This document shows positions 51,113 through 60,280 of a stretch of 64,000 nucleotides of DNA, one piece after another. A program made the translations under genes and the position numbers. The notes beneath the pieces are model-generated. The model ran no database searches and had not been told where the DNA came from. It worked only from the letters and a program-made list of their open reading frames with translations. This DNA is from an uncultured Gemmatimonadales bacterium (GTDB lineage Bacteria; Gemmatimonadota; Gemmatimonadetes; Gemmatimonadales; GWC2-71-9), in the NCBI GenBank assembly GCA_963728915.1, contig CAVSLV010000004.1, forward strand, positions 32,001 through 96,000. The letters run 5' to 3'. Each line of letters starts with the position of its first letter. Within the stretch, counting starts at the first letter, position 1.

Positions 51113-52386
51113 TCCCGCTGCTCCTCTGTTTGGTCGCCGCGTTGCCCTCCGCGGCCGACACCCTTCCGCGCGTGACGCTGGAGGAGGCCCTCCAGCGGGC
51201 CGCCCGTCTCGATCCCAACTATGTCGCCGCCCTCGGGAACATTCAGACGGCCGCCTGGGCCCGGCGGGCCGCGCTTTCGGCGATGGTCCTGCCGTCCCTG
51301 ACCGTCAGCACCGACTACACCGCGTACTCCATCGATCAGTTCAACGTCGGGATCGGCGCCCAGGCCCGCTCGATCGCCACCATGCGGGCGGATGCCCGCT
51401 TCGAAGTCTTCACCGGGGGGCGAAAGATCTCCGATCTCGCTCGCACCGCGGCCGATCAGGACGCGGCGGAAGCCGGCGAGCTTCAGCAGCGATTCCTCAC
51501 TGCCCTCAACACCGAGGCGGATTACTACTCGGTCCTGAGCTCCCGCGAGCTGGTGGATGTCGCCCGCGAGCGGCTCCGCCGCGCGGAAGAAGGCTTCACC
51601 ATCGCGCGAGCCCGGGTGGTGAGCGGCGCGGCGGTGCAGACCGACTCGCTTCAGCTCATCCTCGAGCTCGATGGCGCCCGGATCACTCTGCTCCAGGAGG
51701 AATCGAACCTTCGGGTCGCTCGCCTCAAGCTGGGACGACGGATCGGAACTCCCGGTCCGGTGGATGCGGCTCCCCTGGATACCGTGTCCGCCCCTGATCT
51801 CCCGCTGAGCCTGCCCGACGCCGTCGCCCTGGCGCTGGAACAGGGGCCGGAATACCGGGTGGCTCGCGCCAACGAGCGTTCCGCCGATGCCACGGTGCGG
51901 GTTCGCCGGGCGGTGTACCTGCCCCAGCTCGCCGTCAGCGCCAATACGATCGGGTTCGGCCAGGATCCCCTGTCCCGTGGGCTCTCTCGAAGCTCGGTGG
52001 TGTTCAGTCTCAGCTTTCCGCTCTGGGACAACGCCCAGCGGGAGCTGACCATGAGCCGGGCCCGGGTCGCGCGCGACCTGGCCCGGGCCACCCGTGAAGA
52101 TCTCGAGCGGGCCGCCCAGGCGGACGTGACTTCGGCATATGAGGCGTACCAGACCGCGCGGGCTACCGCAGAAGTCTCGCTCCACGGAGTCACGGTGGCC
52201 CGGGAGGTGTACCGGGTGCAGCAGGCCCGGTACCAGGCCGGTGCGAGCACCATCCTCGATCTGCTCGATGCCCAGACCGGGCTCACCACCGCGCAGGCGA
52301 CCCTGGTCCAGGCCCGCTATGCCGCCCGGCTTGCGCTGGCCGGCCTGGAAGCGATGCTTGGTCGGCGCTTGCTCAAAGACTCTTAG
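51109..52386 (+). CDS. TolC-family outer membrane protein
   Basis: TLEEALQRA, YLPQL, SFPLWD, RYQAG..TILDLLDAQ. Confidence 0.9.
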   Translation: MIPLLLCLVAALPSAADTLPRVTLEEALQRAARLDPNYVAALGNIQTAAWARRAALSAMVLPSLTVSTDYTAYSIDQFNVGIGAQARSIATMRADARFEVFTGGRKISDLARTAADQDAAEAGELQQRFLTALNTEADYYSVLSSRELVDVARERLRRAEEGFTIARARVVSGAAVQTDSLQLILELDGARITLLQEESNLRVARLKLGRRIGTPGPVDAAPLDTVSAPDLPLSLPDAVALALEQGPEYRVARANERSADATVRVRRAVYLPQLAVSANTIGFGQDPLSRGLSRSSVVFSLSFPLWDNAQRELTMSRARVARDLARATREDLERAAQADVTSAYEAYQTARATAEVSLHGVTVAREVYRVQQARYQAGASTILDLLDAQTGLTTAQATLVQARYAARLALAGLEAMLGRRLLKDS

Positions 52387-52388
52387 CG

Positions 52389-53525
52389 ATGGGGGCTCGG
52401 GTGAGAGTACTCGTGGTGCTGGCGATAGCTGCTTCGGTCACGAGCTGCGGATCGAAAGCCCCTGAAGCCCAATCCGGTGGCGGGGGAGGCCGGCGCGGAT
52501 CCGGTGGTCCGCTGCCAGTCGAAGTCGTCGCTGCCCGCGCCGACACCATCGTCGAGGCGATCACCGCAACCGGGCAGATCGAAGCGTGGCAGTCCATCGA
52601 GCTCCGTCCGGAAGTGGACGGACGGCTGGTGGAGATCATGGTCAAGGAAGGCGCCGAAGTCCCCCTTGGCACCCCGCTCTTCAAAGTGGACGACGCCGAG
52701 CTCAAGGCCCAGGTGGACCGCGCGGCTGCCGATCGGGATCTGGCCCAGCAGGCGCTGGTACGGACCCGCCAGCTCCTCCAGGAAAAGGCCGCCGCGCCGG
52801 CGGACGTGGAGCGCGCCGAGGCTCAGATGCGGAGCACCCAGGCGGGCCTCGACCTGCTCCAGCTCCGGCTCGATCGGACCACGGTCCGAAGTCCCTTCGC
52901 CGGGGTGTTAGGGAAGCGTTTGGCCAGTCTGGGAGACTACGTGAACTCGAGCACCCGGCTCATCACCCTCCAGACCGTGAATCCGCAGCGCGCCGTCTTC
53001 CAGGTACCCGAGCGCTATGCCGACGAGCTCAAGGTCGGCCAGACCGTGGCGTTCCGGGTCGCCGCCCTGGGAGACCGCGATTTCACCGGGACGGTGGATT
53101 TCGTGGATCCGGTGGTGTCGCTCCCGGGACGTACCATCACGGTCAAGGCTCAGGTCCCCAACCCGAAGCGTGAGCTCGCCGCCGGGATGTTCATCGAGGC
53201 CCGGCTCCAGACCGATCTGCGACCCGAAGCCGTCGTGATCCCGGAGGACGCCGTCTCACCCATGCAGGGCCAGATGTGGGTCTGGGTGATCAATGCCGGA
53301 AAGGCGGAACGGCGGACCGTCACGCTGGGGGTGCGGAATCCGGGAATCGTCGAAGTGCGCGACGGAATCCAGGTCGGGGACCAGGTCGTGGTTGGGGGCG
53401 CCGAACGGCTCACGCCCGGAGTCGAAGTCCAGGTGATTCAGCACCCGCGGTCCTCGGCTCCGGGGGACACCGGGGTTCGGGGTCGCCCCCAGGTGGCCGA
53501 TTCCCAGGATCATCCGAAGCGCTAA
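52389..53525 (+). CDS. RND periplasmic adaptor (MFP) lipoprotein
   Basis: VTSC lipobox; lipoyl halves PEVDGR..V.EG and VRSPFAG; GTVDFVDP, GMF. Confidence 0.92.
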   Translation: MGARVRVLVVLAIAASVTSCGSKAPEAQSGGGGGRRGSGGPLPVEVVAARADTIVEAITATGQIEAWQSIELRPEVDGRLVEIMVKEGAEVPLGTPLFKVDDAELKAQVDRAAADRDLAQQALVRTRQLLQEKAAAPADVERAEAQMRSTQAGLDLLQLRLDRTTVRSPFAGVLGKRLASLGDYVNSSTRLITLQTVNPQRAVFQVPERYADELKVGQTVAFRVAALGDRDFTGTVDFVDPVVSLPGRTITVKAQVPNPKRELAAGMFIEARLQTDLRPEAVVIPEDAVSPMQGQMWVWVINAGKAERRTVTLGVRNPGIVEVRDGIQVGDQVVVGGAERLTPGVEVQVIQHPRSSAPGDTGVRGRPQVADSQDHPKR

Positions 53526-53557
53526 TTCTGTAACAAATAACGTAAAAATCTGCACAA

Positions 53558-53599
53558 ATAAGCTAATTGTTTGACTTTTTAGCTTATCTGTGGTAAAGT
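53558..53599 (+). promoter_or_regulatory. sigma70 promoter of glnA with overlapping inverted-repeat operator
   Basis: TTGACT (53571-53576)-17 nt-TAAAGT (53594-53599) with extended TG; ATAAGCTAA-N12-TTAGCTTAT flanks the -35. Confidence 0.75.
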
Positions 53600-53636
53600 G
53601 TGCCTTCCCAAAACCAGCCCCTGGCGGAGGCGGCCG

Positions 53637-55073
53637 ATGAGCGCAGAGCTGCGTGCTTTCCTGGAGATCCCCTACGACGAGCTCGAGGAGATGAACCTCG
53701 AGGCCAAGTCCGAGCGCCTGGCCCGGACCCCGGTCGACAAGGTCGGTCAGAAACGGATGAAGTACCTGACCGACGAAAAGCGGATCAAGGCGGTCACCGT
53801 CTGCTTTGCCGATCTCGAGGGCCGGCTCCACATGCTGGACTACGACAAGAAGTTCCTGCTCAAGGCCGCCGACAACCTGACCTTCGACGGATCCAGTATC
53901 CGGGGCTTCTCCCAGCAGGCCGAGTCGGACCTCCGTCTCCTGATCGACTGGCCCGCCTTCTACTGGCTGCCTTCCGACGTCTTCGGTCCCGGCAAGGTGC
54001 TGGTCTTTGCGGACGTGCTCGAGAAGGACGGCTCGCCCTACGTGGCCGACATGCGGGCCAAGTTCAAGGCGTACCTGGCGGGGCTCTACAAACGGGACGG
54101 CATGACCTGCAATGCCGCCAACGAGATCGAGGGCTTTCTCTTCAAGGGGCGGGACGCCGAGCGGCGGTACTTCGAGACCGGCGGGTTCGAGTTCCCCAGC
54201 ACCGGGGGCTATTACCACTCGCTCCCCGGCGACGCCCTCCGCATGTTCATCGATACCTCGGCGGAAGTGCAGCGGGCGATGGGGTTCGCCAACGAGAAAG
54301 ACCATCCCGAGGTGGCCCCGTCCCAGTTCGAGATGAACTACGGGTACACCGAGGCCAGCATCGCGGCGGATCAGATCCTCCTCTACAAGCTGATCTGCCG
54401 CCAGGTCGCCGCGAAGTTCGACATGACGGCGAGCTTCCTGCCCAAGCCCGCGACCGGGATCAACGGGAGCGGCATGCATACCAACATGTCGGTGAGCCAG
54501 AAGGGGCGGAACCTCTTCTGGGACCCGAAGGGTCAGGACAAGCTCTCCAAGCTGGGCTGGAAGTTCATCGACCGGATCCTGACGGCGGGGCAGGACCTCT
54601 GCCTGGCGTTCAACTCGAGCGTCAACTCCTACCGCCGGCTCGATCCCCACTTCGAGGCGCCCAATCAGATCAAGGCCTCGCCGGTGGATCGGGGCTCGAT
54701 GGTGCGGATCCCCTTGGGGAACGAGAAGTCGGCCCGGATCGAGATGCGCTCGATCGCGCCCGATGCCAACCCGTATCTCGCGCTCTACTGCCTGTTCCGA
54801 ACCGGGTTCGAGGGGCCGATCGAGAAGGACAACGGGGAGAAGCGGCGGGATCGCACCAAATTCCTGCCCGACAACATCTATGACGCGATCCGGCTCTTCA
54901 AGGGCAGCAAGTACGCGGTGGATCTATTGGGCGAGACGGTGCACAAACGCTATGCCGACCTCAAGGTGATCCAGGCCGACCGCTGTCCCAAGGCGCTCGG
55001 CGGGCTGATCAAGACGCCGGAGATCCAGTTCCACCACGAGGTGACGAACCAGTATCTGTGGTCGAAGTTCTAG
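53637..55073 (+). CDS. glnA: glutamine synthetase (GSI-type)
   Basis: FDGSSIRGF, EIEGF, GGYY, HPEVAPSQFE, FLPKP..GINGSGMHTN, RRLDPHFEAP, RIEMRS..PDANPYL; GGAGG SD. Confidence 0.9.
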   Translation: MSAELRAFLEIPYDELEEMNLEAKSERLARTPVDKVGQKRMKYLTDEKRIKAVTVCFADLEGRLHMLDYDKKFLLKAADNLTFDGSSIRGFSQQAESDLRLLIDWPAFYWLPSDVFGPGKVLVFADVLEKDGSPYVADMRAKFKAYLAGLYKRDGMTCNAANEIEGFLFKGRDAERRYFETGGFEFPSTGGYYHSLPGDALRMFIDTSAEVQRAMGFANEKDHPEVAPSQFEMNYGYTEASIAADQILLYKLICRQVAAKFDMTASFLPKPATGINGSGMHTNMSVSQKGRNLFWDPKGQDKLSKLGWKFIDRILTAGQDLCLAFNSSVNSYRRLDPHFEAPNQIKASPVDRGSMVRIPLGNEKSARIEMRSIAPDANPYLALYCLFRTGFEGPIEKDNGEKRRDRTKFLPDNIYDAIRLFKGSKYAVDLLGETVHKRYADLKVIQADRCPKALGGLIKTPEIQFHHEVTNQYLWSKF

Positions 55074-55156
55074 GTCTGAAAGTCTGAAAGTCTGAAAGTC
55101 TGGAGGCGACAGGGCGCGGCGACCTCCAGACTTTCCGACTTACAGACTTCCAGGCC
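55073..55156. terminator. long hairpin built from 8-bp tandem repeats; probable bidirectional terminator
   Basis: (GTCTGAAA)x3 GTCTGGAGG left arm; CCTCCAGACT TTCCGACT TACAGACT TCCAGGCC right arm. Confidence 0.75.
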
Positions 55157-55739
55157 GTTCATAGGTCCGCCGCATCTTCAGAGGCCTCGGGCTCCGGGGA
55201 TTGCTGAACTCGATATCGAGCAGGAGCCGGCCGGTCTTCTCATCGAGCCGGTACTCCTCGCGGTAGGTCTCGCCGGTATCCATCTTCCGCTCGGTGACCA
55301 GCCGGTCCTTTTTCCAGCTGCTCTCGACCACCGCGGGCCCGCCCTGGCCCAGCTCTTCCCGCATGGCTCCCTTGCCGGGAAGGAGGTACCGCAGCCACCC
55401 GGCGTCATCCTTGACGGTGACCGCCGTGTCCGGCTGGGCGATCTCGAGAGTCGTTTTGGGGCGGAGCAATTCACGAAAGGCCGGGGGCATCCAACCTCCC
55501 CCAAACCCACCTCCGCCGTATCGCCCCGCCCCGCCTCCGCCCCCGCCGCCTCCCCCCCCACCCCCTCCCCCGAAGCCGCCCGGGCCTCGAGTGTGGGATC
55601 GGAACCCTCCTCCGCCCGAGGCTGGCTCCTCGTGCAGCACCCAGTTGCCCAATATGCCGGGAGGCTTCGGCTCCTGTGCGTGCAAACCTGCCGCGAGGAG
55701 AACGGTGCTCAGAAGCGCGGGCCCAGCGAATCGTCTCAT
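55140..55739 (-). CDS. secreted Gly-rich hypothetical protein
   Basis: Signal peptide; G.W.L, poly-Gly insert, then beta-rich W....LV...EEY.L....LL....RRTY pattern. Confidence 0.7.
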   Translation of the reverse strand: MRRFAGPALLSTVLLAAGLHAQEPKPPGILGNWVLHEEPASGGGGFRSHTRGPGGFGGGGGGGGGGGGGGAGRYGGGGFGGGWMPPAFRELLRPKTTLEIAQPDTAVTVKDDAGWLRYLLPGKGAMREELGQGGPAVVESSWKKDRLVTERKMDTGETYREEYRLDEKTGRLLLDIEFSNPRSPRPLKMRRTYERPGSL

Positions 55740-55978
55740 GCCGCTGATTCGACACGCTCGACCCTGGTTCCCCTTATCCGTCGTATTTGATCTTCACCTC
55801 CATCGCGCCGACTCCCATGCCCAATGCGGAAGACCTCAACCTGACCCCGGAGCGCCTGACCCGTGCGCGCGCTCGAATCCGTTTCCTGAGCGAGAAGTCC
55901 TCCACGCCTCCCGAGCGGCGGGTGATTAGGTTTGGGTCTCCAAACGTACGACTCATCGTTCACCCTACTTGCGATCGT

Positions 55979-56434
55979 ATGCTCACTCCCGGCAACCCAG
56001 CCCCCGCTTTCACCCTTCGCTCCGACACCGGCGACACCGTGAGCCTCCAGGACCTCCGGGGCAGAAAAGTCGTCCTGTATTTCTATCCCAAGGACGACAC
56101 CCCCGGGTGCACCGTCGAAGCCTGCGAGTTTCGCGATAACTGGAAAGCCGTCCAGAAGACTGGGGCCGCGCTCTTCGGCGTCTCTCCCGACGAGGTCGCC
56201 TCGCACCTCAAGTTCAAGAAGAAATTCGATCTGCCGTTCCCGCTGCTGGCCGATCCCGACCACACCGTGGCCGAGAAGTACGGCGCCTGGGGCGAAAAGT
56301 CCTTCATGGGGAAGAAATACACGGGCGTACTTCGGAGCACCTTCATCATCGACGAACAGGGCAAGGTCGCCAAGGTGTTCGAGAAGGTGAAACCCAAAGG
56401 CCATGCCGCCGAGGTGCTGGAGTCTTTGCGTTGA
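55979..56434 (+). CDS. bcp: peroxiredoxin BCP/PrxQ
   Basis: VVLYFYPKDDTPGCTVEAC, FPLLAD, RSTFIID. Confidence 0.95.
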   Translation: MLTPGNPAPAFTLRSDTGDTVSLQDLRGRKVVLYFYPKDDTPGCTVEACEFRDNWKAVQKTGAALFGVSPDEVASHLKFKKKFDLPFPLLADPDHTVAEKYGAWGEKSFMGKKYTGVLRSTFIIDEQGKVAKVFEKVKPKGHAAEVLESLR

Positions 56435-57474
56435 GGTGGCTGCTTCCGGTTGCCGCGCTACTGGCCGCGGGGTGCGGCGCCAAGTCAGAACAGGCCGCCC
56501 TGATCCAGCCCGCCCCGGGCGAAGGGCATATCGCCAACATCCGCCAGCTCACCTTCGGCGGCACCAATGCCGAAGGGTATTTCTCGGCTTCCGGCAAGCA
56601 GATCATCTTCCAGGGCAAACCCGAGGTCGAACGGGGCTGCGACCAGCAGTTCGTGATCAATACCGACGGCACCGGGCTCCGCCGGGTGTCGAACGGACAG
56701 GGCCGGACCACCTGCGGCTACTTCTACGACCACGATCGCCGCATCCTCTACTCGTCCACCTTCGCCCACGACACCGCTTGTCCCCCCGCGCCCGACAAGA
56801 GCTTCGGCTACGTCTGGCCCCTGGCCCACCTCGAGATCTACACCGCCAAGCCCGACGGCAGCGACCTCCAGCAGCTTACCAACAACGGGTTCTACAACGC
56901 GGAGTCGACCCTATCGCCCGATGGGAGCCGGATCATCTTCACGAGCACGAGGAACGGCGACATCGAGATCTACACCATGGCGACCGACGGGAGCGATGTC
57001 CGGCGGATCACCAACCGGGTCGGCTACGACGGCGGGGCGTTCTTCTCTCCCGATGGGAAGCAGATTGTGTGGCGGGCGGCCTATCCGGTCACCGCGGCGG
57101 ACACCGCCGACTATCTCGGGCTGCTCGGGAATCGCCTGGTCCGGCCCGCCAAAGTCGAGCTCTGGATCGCCAACGCCGATGGGACCGACGCCCGGCAGAT
57201 CACCCACCTGGGCGGGGCCAATTTCGCCCCCTTCTTCCATCCGGACGGAAAGCGCATCATCTTCTCTTCGAATTACCTGGAGCCCCGGAGCGGCCAGTTT
57301 GACCTGTTCCTGATCAACAGCGACGGAACCGGCCTCGAACGCATCACCACGGCGGTGGGGTTCGACAGCTTCCCGATGTGGAGCCCGGACGGCAAGAAAC
57401 TCCTCTGGGCCTCGGAGCGTAACCAGAAGGTACCCGGAGAGATCAATCTCTTCATCGCGGATTGGATAGAGTAA
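56431..57474 (+). CDS. TolB-like PD40 beta-propeller lipoprotein
   Basis: AAGC lipobox; QLTFGGTNAEGYFS, repeated SPDG units. Confidence 0.87.
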   Translation: MRWLLPVAALLAAGCGAKSEQAALIQPAPGEGHIANIRQLTFGGTNAEGYFSASGKQIIFQGKPEVERGCDQQFVINTDGTGLRRVSNGQGRTTCGYFYDHDRRILYSSTFAHDTACPPAPDKSFGYVWPLAHLEIYTAKPDGSDLQQLTNNGFYNAESTLSPDGSRIIFTSTRNGDIEIYTMATDGSDVRRITNRVGYDGGAFFSPDGKQIVWRAAYPVTAADTADYLGLLGNRLVRPAKVELWIANADGTDARQITHLGGANFAPFFHPDGKRIIFSSNYLEPRSGQFDLFLINSDGTGLERITTAVGFDSFPMWSPDGKKLLWASERNQKVPGEINLFIADWIE

Positions 57475-57489
57475 GGATGACTACCTGAC

Positions 57490-58188
57490 ATGAAGAGCTT
57501 CGGTAAGTGGATCTGGGACTGGGCCAAGTCGATCGCCGTGGCCCTGGTGGTGTGGTTTTTCCTCCGGACCTTCCTGATCGAAGCCTTCCGCATTCCGTCG
57601 GGCAGCATGGAAAACACCCTGCTCATCGGCGATTTCCTGTTCGTCAACAAGCTGCTGTACGGAGCCGAAGTCCCCCTGATACACAAGCGGCTCCCCGCGA
57701 TTCGGGAACCGCGCCGGGGCGACATTCTGGTGTTCGATTCGGTCGAGGAGCCCCTCAAGGTCGTCAAGCGTCTGATCGGTGTCCCGGGCGATACCCTGGC
57801 CATGGACAACGGGCAGCTCTACCGCGACGGCAAGGCGGTGCCCGAGCCCTGGGTGATCCGAACCGATCCCAACGCCAATGCGGACGCCTATCAGCGGGAG
57901 CGAATGCGCCGCTGGCAGACCCCCCATCTGGTGGCCGGGGTCAAATCCGAGACCTACCGGCCCGACCTCAACAATTGGGGTCCGATCGTCGTTCCGGCCG
58001 ATTCCTTCTTCATGATGGGAGACAATCGGGATGGGTCCTACGACGGCCGATACTGGGGCTTCCTGCCCCGCGAAAACGTCCGGGGACGCCCACTGATCGT
58101 CTATTACAGCTACGACGCCAGCACCTATAAGCCTCTGCCGTTCCTCACCAACATCCGATGGGGGAGAATCTTTACGACGCCCCAGTAG
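57490..58188 (+). CDS. lepB: signal peptidase I
   Basis: IPSGSMENTL..GD, VKRLIGVPGD, MGDNRD.S.D.RYWG. Confidence 0.95.
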   Translation: MKSFGKWIWDWAKSIAVALVVWFFLRTFLIEAFRIPSGSMENTLLIGDFLFVNKLLYGAEVPLIHKRLPAIREPRRGDILVFDSVEEPLKVVKRLIGVPGDTLAMDNGQLYRDGKAVPEPWVIRTDPNANADAYQRERMRRWQTPHLVAGVKSETYRPDLNNWGPIVVPADSFFMMGDNRDGSYDGRYWGFLPRENVRGRPLIVYYSYDASTYKPLPFLTNIRWGRIFTTPQ

Positions 58189-58308
58189 GTCGACCTGCCA
58201 ATTTTGCAGTCCATCGCCTTCCCGGCCGTTTCTTGACGCAAGGCCCTATCTCACTGTAGGTTGGCGCTGGCCACACCCTGTCAAATCTCGACACAATGGA
58301 GGCGGGAA

Positions 58309-58698
58309 GTGACCGAACTGGGTGGCTCCCAGATTACCTCGCTCATGGAAGTGCTTCCGGGGATCGCACAGGTCCTTCGGAGTCCGGTCGCGGATGCGAT
58401 CGTCAATCTGGTGCGAGCGGCCTGTCGAGCACGTGAATTTGAGCTCGTGGATGCGGAGGAAGTCCTTCGGTACGCGGTACGGCGGAATCTGATGTCAACG
58501 GAGGAGAGCGAGCGCGTACTCGCCGAAGCGCGGGCCAGCGTCGAGCGCCGCGCCGAACGCGCGATGGAGCGGGAAAAGCCGAAGGCCGCTCAGCGTCCCA
58601 AGTCCCAGGCTCGCGCCAAGCAGCGGCCTGCCCGGAAGGAAAAACCCCGTCGCCCGGCGCCCGGCCGCAAGAGCAGCCGGGCCCGGAAGAAGCACTAG
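58309..58698 (+). CDS. hypothetical protein with highly basic C-terminal tail
   Basis: GGAGG SD before GTG 58309; helical core then K/R/P/A-rich tail; candidate TTGACG-18 nt-TAGGTT promoter at 58233-58262. Confidence 0.65.
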   Translation: MTELGGSQITSLMEVLPGIAQVLRSPVADAIVNLVRAACRAREFELVDAEEVLRYAVRRNLMSTEESERVLAEARASVERRAERAMEREKPKAAQRPKSQARAKQRPARKEKPRRPAPGRKSSRARKKH

Positions 58699-58699
58699 C

Positions 58700-58900
58700 T
58701 CAGACTTTCTTCACATTCGAGGCCTGGAGGCCCTTCGGGCCGTCCACGATCTCGAACTCCACCTGGTCTCCTTCCGCCAGAGAACGGAAGCCATCCGCTA
58801 CGATCGCGGTATGGTGCACGAACACGTCCTTGCCACCTTCCTGCGCGATGAACCCGAAGCCCTTCGCATCATTGAACCACTTCACCGTGCCCTTCGCCAT
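58700..58900 (-). CDS. csp: cold-shock protein
   Basis: [15 protein letters not shown] (RNP1), DVFVH (RNP2), GPKG.QASNV. Confidence 0.97.
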   Translation of the reverse strand: MAKGTVKWFNDAKGFGFIAQEGGKDVFVHHTAIVADGFRSLAEGDQVEFEIVDGPKGLQASNVKKV

Positions 58901-59011
58901 TGCGTGCGACCTCATCAGCTGGGAGCCTCTCGGCTCGGAGAACCGGATCGACCCGGGGACACTCGTCTCCCGCCGATCGTTCCGAGAAGGTTCCTCCCAG
59001 TCGCAACTTTG

Positions 59012-60280
59012 TCAAGGAAGGAGGTATGCCAGCACCTGCTGACCCAGCGCCTGGATCGCCGGGCGGTCGGCCGGAGGGGCTTTCTGGGAGGCGAGCTGAA
59101 CCGCCGAGTTAACCCGCGCGATGGCGTCGGCCTTCTGCGCCTCCGGTGGGCGTTCCCCCGCCTGGAGCCGCTCGAGCAAGTGGCGCAGGCCGAACGTGGC
59201 CACTGAGGCCGCCCAGCTCACCGGGCTGAAATTGACCGCGTTCGCCACATCGATGTAGGGAGTCTCGCTATTCGGTGGCCGGGCCACTTCACTCCGTAGC
59301 GCGATGAAGGTGGCGTGACGCACCAGGCCAAGCTGGCGGAACGCCCCGCCGGTGTAGACGCTGGCATGCTGCGAGGGGTCGAAGCTCCAGCCCAGGTACA
59401 TCCAGTTGGCCCAGTTCTCGACCGGGTTCTCGATCGGCACGGTGCGGTCGGTACGAGACTTCCGTGCGGCGTTCCCCACGTCCCACCAGACATCGTGCAC
59501 CTGGCCGCCCAGGTTCTGATCCATTCCGTAGCGGAGCAGGTGGAGCGCGACCAGGGTGGACGTCCACCGCCGCACCTCGAAGCAATCGCGGTAGTTGACC
59601 CGCACGGTGTCGTCGAGCAGGCATGGGGCGCCCGGGTTCCCGACCGCCCGGTCGGCATTCCGAAGGGCCGATACCGCGCGCATGAGATTGTCGCGGGTGG
59701 GAACCGCCCGGTAGCCCGCAATGGCGGCCGCGGCGAGTCCGCCCTGGTAGTCGAGGATCGCCTGCGGAAGCGGCTGGTCGGGCATCCAGTCGAGGTTGTT
59801 CCCTTCGTCGGACCAGATCGGCAGGCGGATCGCGACCCGCACGGTGCGGGGATCAATCGCGGCAAGCTGCGCGGTGGTGAGCCCGGCCGGCCATTCGTCC
59901 CGCCCGAACAGCGCGGTGGCGAAGTCGATGTCGCCGGAGACCGGGTTCCCTCCAGGCTGAAACAGATTGGTGGTCTGGTCGAGGTGCAGGGACTGCACCG
60001 TATGGATGTAGGCCACGATGTTCCCGGCGGTCACGCTGTCGACATGCTTCACCGCGCGGCGGATGATCGTGGTATCGGAAAACCCAAAGGCGTGGAGGTC
60101 GTATCCGTCGCGCGAGGCGTGACAGGTCGAGCATTCGTTTTCGAACGCGATTCGTCCCAGGGCGGCATCGGGCTTGGGGGCCGGGTCGGGCTGGCCCTGC
60201 CCCGGATCCGAGGGTGAGTTCGCGCTCTCGCAACCGGCAAGCGTTCCAACCAGAACGGCAACCAGAAAACCGTACCGCAT
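59012..60280 (-). CDS. monoheme c-type cytochrome lipoprotein with a large unrecognised C-terminal region
   Basis: AGGAGG SD; LAGC lipobox; G...F...CSTCH heme motif. Confidence 0.72.
   Translation of the reverse strand: MRYGFLVAVLVGTLAGCESANSPSDPGQGQPDPAPKPDAALGRIAFENECSTCHASRDGYDLHAFGFSDTTIIRRAVKHVDSVTAGNIVAYIHTVQSLHLDQTTNLFQPGGNPVSGDIDFATALFGRDEWPAGLTTAQLAAIDPRTVRVAIRLPIWSDEGNNLDWMPDQPLPQAILDYQGGLAAAAIAGYRAVPTRDNLMRAVSALRNADRAVGNPGAPCLLDDTVRVNYRDCFEVRRWTSTLVALHLLRYGMDQNLGGQVHDVWWDVGNAARKSRTDRTVPIENPVENWANWMYLGWSFDPSQHASVYTGGAFRQLGLVRHATFIALRSEVARPPNSETPYIDVANAVNFSPVSWAASVATFGLRHLLERLQAGERPPEAQKADAIARVNSAVQLASQKAPPADRPAIQALGQQVLAYLLP

Noticed and set aside
53637..55073. GS-family gene as a gamma-glutamyl-polyamine ligase (PuuA-like) linked to the pot genes
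   Set aside because: It retains the ammonium-site motifs of true GS (FDGSS, GGYY, Glu in FEAP)
55074..55156. CRISPR-like repeat
   Set aside because: 8-bp units with no spacers and no cas genes
55495..55580. C-rich low-complexity tract as a non-coding element
   Set aside because: Explained by the poly-Gly segment of the minus-strand CDS
55774..55803. MEVKIKY as the start of a SelW/Rdx-type selenoprotein
   Set aside because: Followed by DG and TAA, with no CxxU and no in-frame TGA
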